Shown here: one piece after another, positions 56,901 to 64,000 of the stretch
Layout of the letters: each line of letters starts with the position of its first letter
How positions within the stretch are numbered: position 1 is the first letter of the stretch
From: Cyanophora paradoxa CCMP329
Lineage: Eukaryota > Plantae > Glaucophyta
Direction: 5' to 3'
DNA: 64,000 nucleotides
NCBI GenBank assembly: GCA_004431415.1
Contig: QPMI01000508.1
Location: forward strand, 109,429 to 173,428
Made by a program: the position numbers and the translations under genes
Notes under the pieces: generated by a model
Databases searched by the model: none
What the model was told of the DNA's origin: nothing
The model's input: only the letters and a program-made list of their open reading frames with translations

Positions 56901-59771
56901 TTATTGTATGGATTTCCAAATACGCAGCCCATATTGAATAATGAAGATCTTAAAATTAATTCGAGCAATATATTTATTGAAAATCTCACAGTTACCAAAA
57001 ATGCAACTCTACCACATCATCCCACTTCGAATGTTGTTTTAGATTGGTTAGCAAAACAAACACACACAAAAGCAGATATTACAGATTTCGCCCACACTCA
57101 CACAAATGATCAAATAACAGATTTCGCCCATACTCACACAAAATCGCAAATCACAGATTTCGCCCATACTCATTTATGGGAGCATATCACAAATCCTCCG
57201 TTAACCTTCCCACCTGATTCACACACTCATGATTATTCAGAGATTACAAATAGCAACCACAGGCACCCATGGAGCGAAATAGACGAACAGCCAGTTTTTG
57301 CCCAATTGAATGCAATCGGAAACGTTTTTAATGGAGTCACACTTTACCAATCGAGTAATACACCTGAAAGGCTATTTTTGAATGATCATTATGTTAGTCT
57401 CAATGGTTCATTTACAGGTCAAGACGGCACACCGATGGTGGGAACTCTTGCAGTAAGATTACCCAGGGATCCAATCGTAAATGGAGTGTATAGTGGCGAT
57501 TTTAATGTAGGAATTAATGATACTTTCCCCAGTATCTATGTCACGAATTATCACCCGGGTGAAACAGGACAAGTAGCGGATTTTTCAGCAGCGATACAAG
57601 TAAATGTAACAGATCAAAGCGCATATGATGGAGCAAGACCTAAAATAGTTTTCACAAGGGAGAAAGTTGTAAACTACCTTCCTGTTGCGGGACAACCCAC
57701 AGATGATCACGGTAAATGTGAGATTGCATGGATAAAAACGACATCAGGTGGCGCCTTAGAAGTCAATCAGAGAATGGCGGCGAAAAACTTACACAATACC
57801 ACCCTTTCCGGTGTTGTTACAGATGATTACCTTACCAATAAAGGGTATCTTACCTCAGCCGATTTAAGTAGTTACACAACAGATGCAGAATTAACGGCGG
57901 CACTTGCTAATTATCTACCTCTAACAGGTGGAACTATTACAGGAACTGTGAATGCTACCACTCTACAAATTGGTGAAACCACAATACCAAAAGGTTACGA
58001 TTTCGACCAATTAGATGTGGTTTCGACAGACAGGAGCGCAAATAATTGGAACTTAGGATGGACACCAAGAACCGGACAAACAGGATGTTATACAACACCA
58101 CAAAATGATGAAGATTGTAGCGCTTGTTTTATGCGTTGGACAGTTCCAGAAGGTATGAAATCGTTTTACATCCAGCACATGCCGTGGTATAATTGTAGAT
58201 ACTTTGATATTTACGGGCAAACTGTGAATGGATATCAACATTTCTTAAAACGAGTTAATGATTAAGGAATCCAATCAGTTAATAATGATGGAACCAATAA
58301 TACTATTTTGTTCACTTCTATCAATTGCGAATTCTACAAATATATTTATGTCCAAGGTCGAAAAGGTCGCATTCATCTCACAGGTGTTTTTGGGTGGAGC
58401 AGACAGAGAGCAACAGATAATGAATTGGGCATGATCTCTTGGGATAATGTATATAGCAAACCATCATTTTACTCAGCCGCAGACCTCCCAGGAACAGCAA
58501 CATGGCCAACAAATACATGGTTAAAATCAGTAGATGCAGTCGAGCGAATTTGGTTTGGTAATGGCGATTGCACATATATACGAGGGAGACCGAATGGTGA
58601 AGGTGTGTCAATTGAATTTAGAGACTCAGCAGATGGAGCAATTTTAAAGTCTTATAACAATGGTAACTTTTGGGTGAAAAACACTATTACAGCACCCACT
58701 ATTAATGCTACTACCAAACTCCAAATAAACGGTAATGATGTCCCAAAGTTTCACACAGCAGATAAAACAGTAGGAGGTATTGCATTTAATAGATGTTCTG
58801 AGGGTTGGACATGGGCATGGAGTTCAGCATGGGATCCATATTATAATTATGGTTCATATGTCTATAATAATCAAACGGATGATCAAACATCTACCGCTTG
58901 GATTGACTTCGATATACCCGATGGATACCACACAGGAACAGCATTTTTAACCTATTTACCTTGGACTAACTCACGAATTTTTGAAATTTGGGGAGTGAAT
59001 CGACAAGGGAATGAAGTTTTTATTACATCAGTAAATAGTTATCAACCATACAGCACATCTCCTGATGGTAACCACAGTGGTATAAATAATGTTCCAATAC
59101 ATCTTGGTAATCGATTCCTCACAATTCGGATTAGACCAAAGATTGGAAGAGTTCATATTATGGGTATTAGTTACATGAAAATTTGGGTTGGAAATAGTTA
59201 TGGCGGTCACACCGGCTATATTCATTGGAATAACGTTTATAGCAAACCCAATATCTTAACAGGAGCATTGGATCTTTGGTTTAACTCTAATGATGGATAT
59301 AATCGTATCTATTTTACGAATAATAGCACCACGTATTTTAAAGGAAGAGGAACTTATCCAATAAGATTTCGAAATGAATTAGATTCTGATATTTGTTATA
59401 TCGATCATGACGGGCGCTTGTGGATTAACAATTATCTTTATCAAGGAAGTGACATAAGATACAAAACAGATATTAAAAAGATAACCGGCGCTCTTTCAGC
59501 AATTGAGAAATTAGAAGGAGTGAGTTATAAACGAATTGGAAATGAAAAACACGGAACAAAATTAGGTTTAATTGCGCAAGATGTAGAAAAGATAATACCA
59601 GAGGTTATTAACGTGAAACAAGATGATGGCTATTTAGGTATCGAATACACGGGTTTAATTCCAGTTCTCATAGAAGCCGTTAAAGAATTATCCCAGAAAT
59701 GCAAACATTTAACGCAAACTTGTGAAAATCTCCAAAGTCAAATAGACCAAATTAAAAATGTCACAGTATAA
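53982..59771 (+). CDS. Giant fibre/receptor-binding protein with C-terminal peptidase S74 intramolecular chaperone; one in-frame TAA at 58263-58265
   Basis: Acidic repeats, H-x-H repeats, a duplicated internal domain and a LamG-like block; ORF 58308 is in frame with ORF 53982; ends SDIRYKTDI...GLIAQDVE.IIPEV...IEY..LIPVLIEAVKEL. Confidence 0.8.
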
Positions 59772-59774
59772 TAA

Positions 59775-60083
59775 ATGGCGACCTATCCACTTGGTGGATC
59801 TCCTTCTATTACTTCTGAGCCTGTCGCTCTTGCATTCGATACTATCAAACTTGTAGCCGCACTACAAACTGTCGAAAAAACGATACAGCAAACCAACAAA
59901 CTGTCACCGGTTGTTCATGAATATAAAAACCTTTTGGTTAATGTCCTTGCGCAATCGGCTTATGGTGACCCAGTAACAAAATATGGTGAATGTGATTCTA
60001 ACCTCAAAGCGATGACATCCAACATCCAATGTCTAACAACCGCTTACCAATCTCTTGGATCCAATCTAATTGCTTTGGCTTGA
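59775..60083 (+). CDS. Hypothetical viral protein
   Basis: 102-aa ATG ORF starting 3 bp after the fibre gene. Confidence 0.6.
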   Translation: MATYPLGGSPSITSEPVALAFDTIKLVAALQTVEKTIQQTNKLSPVVHEYKNLLVNVLAQSAYGDPVTKYGECDSNLKAMTSNIQCLTTAYQSLGSNLIALA

Positions 60084-60122
60084 ATGGTGTTTATTTTTCT
60101 TTCCTTCTTAGTAAAAGAAGCA

Positions 60123-60908
60123 ATGGGTGAATATAATCGAGTTCAACTTCCAATATATTCCCTTGGATCCCCTGCTATGCACTTTCGCCAGCATGAAGTT
60201 AATGATGAGGTTCGTGGTTTAGAATCAACAGAGAGACCCAATTCCAATGGTAACTCCTTTGATAAGAATTCGATTATTCGAGTTAAAGAACTGAGAGCAG
60301 ACAAGAATTCTGGTGTGGTTAAAACAACTCGACTCCTTGTCTCAAATGCGAATTTCTTCCAACCTACTAATGGAGGTCCTGATGCTTACAGTGTTGATCT
60401 GAAAGCCCTTGATTTCGATAAGAATTCTGCTGCTGTTACTGTGAGATCAGGAGGAGCATTTATTGGGGGTGGCTGTCGAATTTCAGGTCAACTTTCATCC
60501 TCAATTTCGTATAATGATGTCCCAGATACTCTTGAACAAAATGCTGAGAACCCACAACGAATTCGTTTCTACACACCTGTTGCACAGCAACCTTTTCTTC
60601 ACTTCTATGTTACTTCCTCTGTGACTCTTGAAAACTCGGAATTGGTCTCCATTACAGGAACTGATCGAGTAAGAAGAAATATTCCTCTTCCCACAGCAAT
60701 GCTTTCGATGTGTAGAGCAAACAACAATCAAACAGGTCATAATTACCTATTCTTTGTTCAAGCATCAAATCATTTCGGTCGAGGATATTGTGTATATAAC
60801 AATTTGACATTTACCTATGATCTGTTTGTCACTGAGGTAGGAGTTTATAATACTATGATAATTGGACTGAGAACAGATATAGCAGCTGTTTCGGCACTTC
60901 GAGGGTAA
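60123..60908 (+). CDS. Putative virion fibre-like protein, paralog A
   Basis: Shares its N-terminal domain with ORF 61000 (V.GL.STE...EL..DKN.G.VKTT.LLV.NANF...GGA.IG.G.RI.G); alternative ATG at 60084. Confidence 0.6.
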   Translation: MGEYNRVQLPIYSLGSPAMHFRQHEVNDEVRGLESTERPNSNGNSFDKNSIIRVKELRADKNSGVVKTTRLLVSNANFFQPTNGGPDAYSVDLKALDFDKNSAAVTVRSGGAFIGGGCRISGQLSSSISYNDVPDTLEQNAENPQRIRFYTPVAQQPFLHFYVTSSVTLENSELVSITGTDRVRRNIPLPTAMLSMCRANNNQTGHNYLFFVQASNHFGRGYCVYNNLTFTYDLFVTEVGVYNTMIIGLRTDIAAVSALRG

Positions 60909-60999
60909 ACGTTGCAGATATCTTCACAACAGGGTTTTACCAGGAACCAGATGTGATTGATGACCCAACCCCATAAATTATATATCACTTTAATGTAAA

Positions 61000-61848
61000 A
61001 TGGCTGCCCCAATACCAGAACGAATTATTACACCCCAACTATCATTAGCAGCACCTGCGAATCACGTTTTGCAGCATGCTACCTTTGATGATGTAGAAGG
61101 TCTCCAATCCACAGAAGTGCAACCTACCATGAATACATTTGGTTCCACCCACAAACTGAGATTGCAGGAACTCAGGTGTGATAAAAATAATGGTATAGTT
61201 AAGACAACGAAACTCCTTGTCACAAATGCAAACTTTTCTGCCCACTATGGAGACCCAGACAGTTATGGTGATCCTCTTTCTACTTATTCTTTTGAATCTC
61301 GGTCGGGAGCTATTAACTGCAAAACGGGGGGAGCATATATTGGTGATGGTCTTCGGATTGGTGGAGCTGTTGGTGCGCCTCTTTTCGTAAATGATCAACC
61401 CAATCCCATTGATCCCAACACCAGAATTCGCACCTATGTCCCCAGTATGAATGCACCATATATTATCAAGATCTTCCCAATTGTTGTGAATGAGCAGACA
61501 TCAGTAGTTGATTCTCTTGTTGAGATTGGTGACCACTACAAGGTGGTTGTCGATATCCCACCAGATGTTTATGCTGTCTGTCAAGTAGAGGGTGGAACCC
61601 CAAATATTGCAGTTGTGATCACTCCATATGACAATTTCGGAATCGCTTATCATGGTGTGAATTTCGGTCTTGAAGATTACCAGTTCTTGGTGAGAGCCAC
61701 CAGATTTGGTATCTACAAATGCATTCTCTATGCTGAGAGAACCGATGCTATTGCAAAACAGAATACATATGCAGAATATTACGGCACAAATCGCTACTTC
61801 CCCATTTTCGGCAGGATACTGCTCCATAGAAATCTCAGGTATATATAG
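61000..61848 (+). CDS. Putative virion fibre-like protein, paralog B
   Basis: N-terminal domain paralogous to ORF 60123; C-terminal half diverged. Confidence 0.6.
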   Translation: MAAPIPERIITPQLSLAAPANHVLQHATFDDVEGLQSTEVQPTMNTFGSTHKLRLQELRCDKNNGIVKTTKLLVTNANFSAHYGDPDSYGDPLSTYSFESRSGAINCKTGGAYIGDGLRIGGAVGAPLFVNDQPNPIDPNTRIRTYVPSMNAPYIIKIFPIVVNEQTSVVDSLVEIGDHYKVVVDIPPDVYAVCQVEGGTPNIAVVITPYDNFGIAYHGVNFGLEDYQFLVRATRFGIYKCILYAERTDAIAKQNTYAEYYGTNRYFPIFGRILLHRNLRYI

Positions 61849-61856
61849 AGAGAGGG

Positions 61857-62129
61857 ATGGATGATAAAACAAAGAAATTCATAGAGTCTGCAATGATGGT
61901 TCATGGTGATGCTAAATTCGATTACAGTGAGACAGTCTATAAGAAAGCACAAGAGAAGGTCTCTGTTAGATGCCTCAAATGCAACAAGATCCTCCAAACC
62001 TACCCATTTAATCATGTAAGGGGAAGTGGATGCAGAGAGTGCAACAAGAAATCCTCTCATGCTTACAGAAAAAAGACTACATCAGGAATTGTGATAGATG
62101 ATAAACCAGTAGTATTATATTTTGATTAG
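61857..62129 (+). CDS. Stand-alone DUF723-like Zn-binding repeat protein
   Basis: FIE.A..VHG..FDYS.T.Y....KV...C..C....Q.P.NH..G.GC..C. Confidence 0.7.
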   Translation: MDDKTKKFIESAMMVHGDAKFDYSETVYKKAQEKVSVRCLKCNKILQTYPFNHVRGSGCRECNKKSSHAYRKKTTSGIVIDDKPVVLYFD

Positions 62130-62275
62130 ATCTTTGAGAGAGAAATGAGGATCTTTCCCCATTTTCCCTTTGTGATTATGCATGTATCAAAGCAGTTTGG
62201 ACAGGTCTTGTGGTAGTGCAGCAGAATGATATCCACCAACTCATATGGTAGCACTCTTGCTAAGATGGTTCGCAT
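62126..62275 (-). CDS. Tiny ORF with an F-box-like motif and CxxC
   Basis: MRTILARVLPYELVDIILLHYHKTCPNC. Confidence 0.35.
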   Translation of the reverse strand: MRTILARVLPYELVDIILLHYHKTCPNCFDTCIITKGKWGKILISLSKI

Positions 62276-62316
62276 TCTACCAATCGCGTTTTTTAATTTT
62301 TCTAAATTATTCATAA

Positions 62317-62718
62317 ATGAATACTCATCGAGGCTTCCATGTGATGCTGGATTACAAATTCAGAACCCAATTAGCAGTAGGAATGGAGGACTTGGAGACA
62401 ACAACCAGGTGGTTAATGCAGTTCTTGCAAACTATTATTCAAGAGCAAGGTATTCGAGTAGTTCACAAGCATTGCGAGATTTTCGATGGTGGTATTTCTC
62501 CTCCTGGTTTTGCAATGGTTCTTCTGCTGGATGAGAGCCATTGCACTGCTCATTGTTACTCAAATGAAGGTATGTTGGCGATTGATATATTCAGTTGTGG
62601 ATTAGAAGCAGAGAGGAAAACCACGAGAGTATCTCATGAGATAGATGACAGAATAACAGGTGTGTTTTCAGGGTTGGAGAAATCGGAGAAACATAGAGTA
62701 TTGCGATTTCCGAGTTAG
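62317..62718 (+). CDS. speD: S-adenosylmethionine decarboxylase proenzyme (short prokaryotic-type, pyruvoyl-dependent)
   Basis: G.HVMLD, PPGFAMVLLLDESHCTAHCY (E/S autocleavage site), AIDIFSCG. Confidence 0.85.
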   Translation: MNTHRGFHVMLDYKFRTQLAVGMEDLETTTRWLMQFLQTIIQEQGIRVVHKHCEIFDGGISPPGFAMVLLLDESHCTAHCYSNEGMLAIDIFSCGLEAERKTTRVSHEIDDRITGVFSGLEKSEKHRVLRFPS

Positions 62719-64000
62719 TTGACACTGAGAAATTCAGAATTTCAGATGGTCTTACTGAAAATGGTCAGATAATCGGGTGTGACACCTATTTAATTGACTG
62801 TGACGCCTCTTTAATTGACTGTGACGCCTGTGACGCCTGTGACGCCTACTTTCAAACTTTCTAAAATTTTCAAAAATGACAGACTTCTTAAAACAGCCGT
62901 CACAGCCGTCACAGGCGTCACACCCAATTAAAAATGGAATCTATCTCTCTTACTGAGATATTCAAAAATATATTCTTGTCTTACTGAAATCCGTCTTGTG
63001 ACACCTCTGACACCTACAAAACAATATCCATTAATCAACCTTTTTGATAATGCGAAGTTGCCTTACTGGAAATGGTCTGCAATTTCGCTGTGACACCTAA
63101 GTTAATTGAGTGTGACGCCTGTGACGCCTGTGACACCTACTTTCAAACTTTTTAAAATTTTCAAAAATGACAGACTTCTGAAAACAGGCGTCACAGCCGT
63201 CACAGGCGTCACAGACATTCCACCCCTCTTACTGACTTTCTCAAAAACAAAACTATCTCTTACTGAATATCATTTGAATACTACCTGTCACACTTGATCT
63301 CAATTATTCTGTTTTATAGAACATATGCAATTCCATCGATTGTTTAATTGGACATGATGCAACTCTGTGACACTTTTTCGGTGCAAAAATGTAAATCCGC
63401 AATTCCATCGATTGTTTAATTGGACGTGATGCAGTTCCGATATATTCCAATAGAAAATCCCGCAATCTGATCGATTGTTTAATTGGACATAATGCAACTC
63501 TGTGACACTTTTTCGGTGCAAAAATGTAAATCCGCAATTCCATCGATTGTTTAATTGGACAAAATGCAACTCTGTGACAGTTTTTGCGTTTTCCGATACA
63601 AAATGGGCGGTGGTCTACTTCAATACCGATGAGATATATCGAGTTTATGCGAATTTATGCGAATTTATGCGAATTAATCGCGATTATATCGTTCTTTAAG
63701 TAGTTTAATGTTAATCAATCGAAGTTATATATGTAATCGACAAAGAACATAATTTATCGATATAATATCGATTGAATCAATCGTGAATATGCATTAAATT
63801 AAACGCGTTTATCATTTTTAATACGAAGTTTGCATTAATTTATACAAAGTTTGCATAAAAAGTTAAAGAAATTAATCGATAAATATGTATTTTAGTATTA
63901 AATTAACACATATTGAAAAACGAATTTAAATCCAGAGTGAATCGAGATCGCGAAGCGATCGAGATGAACGAGGGATTTAAATTCGTTTTTCAATATGTGT
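62623..64000 (-). repeat. Right terminal inverted repeat (1378 bp)
   Basis: Reverse complement of 35737-37114; overlaps the last 96 nt of speD. Confidence 0.95.
63906..64000 (+). other. Right terminal 95-nt hairpin with a GCGAAGC tip
   Basis: acacatattg...aaatcc pairs with ggattt...caatatgtgt; central gatcgc-gaa-gcgatc. Confidence 0.9.

Larger units (their letters stand above)
35737..64000. mobile_element. Endogenous Polinton-like / Maverick-like dsDNA virus, 28.3 kb, apparently complete
   Basis: Sharp GC-to-AT shift; 1378-bp TIRs; MCP, two pentons, A32 ATPase, pPolB, rve integrase, primase-helicase; dense intronless genes. Confidence 0.95.

Noticed and set aside
58263-58265. Alternative genetic code with TAA reassigned
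   Set aside because: TAA terminates MCP, ATPase, helicase and other viral genes normally
38345-62317. TCTA late-promoter motif as in mavirus/CroV upstream of about five genes
   Set aside because: Absent before MCP and most genes; the frequency is near chance for AT-rich DNA
35737-64000. Classification as a virophage (Lavidaviridae) or a bacterial prophage contaminant
   Set aside because: No virophage-type protease recognised and the MCP is shorter and PLV/NCLDV-like; no phage terminase or portal; it joins eukaryotic host-like DNA directly at the TIR
1-64000. Naming the host organism; tRNA or rRNA genes
   Set aside because: The sequence supports only a GC-rich, intron-dense unicellular eukaryote; no structural RNA gene was recognised

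Overview
Eukaryotic (protist-like) genomic window in three parts. (1) 1-14 kb: very GC-rich host DNA with six compact, intron-dense genes in head-to-head pairs: an NHL-repeat membrane protein, a peptidase C26/PuuD-like amidohydrolase, a SAC3/GANP (LENG8/Thp3-like) protein, an isochorismatase-domain protein, an Hva1/DUF2945-like protein and a TMEM184-like transporter. The short introns include unusually many GC-AG introns. (2) 14-35.7 kb: a degenerate tandem duplication of an F-box gene region. Copy 1 carries a 6.5-kb single-ORF non-LTR retrotransposon (APE-RT-zf) with an antisense, intron-containing gene for an RNase H1-type hybrid-binding domain. Copy 2 is preceded by a Ngaro-type retrotransposon with matching A1-B1-A2-B2 split direct repeats but no tyrosine recombinase gene. 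(3) 35737-64000: a 28.3-kb AT-rich endogenous Polinton-like/Maverick-like DNA virus with 1378-bp TIRs. It encodes two pentons, a double-jelly-roll MCP, an A32-like ATPase, a primase-SF3 helicase, an exonuclease-degenerate pPolB, an rve integrase, a patatin-discoidin fusion, a phage-like fibre with an S74 chaperone and an S-adenosylmethionine decarboxylase. Most notable: each viral end is a symmetric 95-nt hairpin whose 3'-terminal strand has a GCGAAGC mini-hairpin tip and only G.A mismatches (a self-priming-like end). The virus also has five iteron/AT-core origin-like cassettes and a context-specific CpG avoidance. Many frameshifts in the window are single-base losses in homopolymers and are probably sequencing errors. 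All domain calls are motif recognition by eye; no searches were run.
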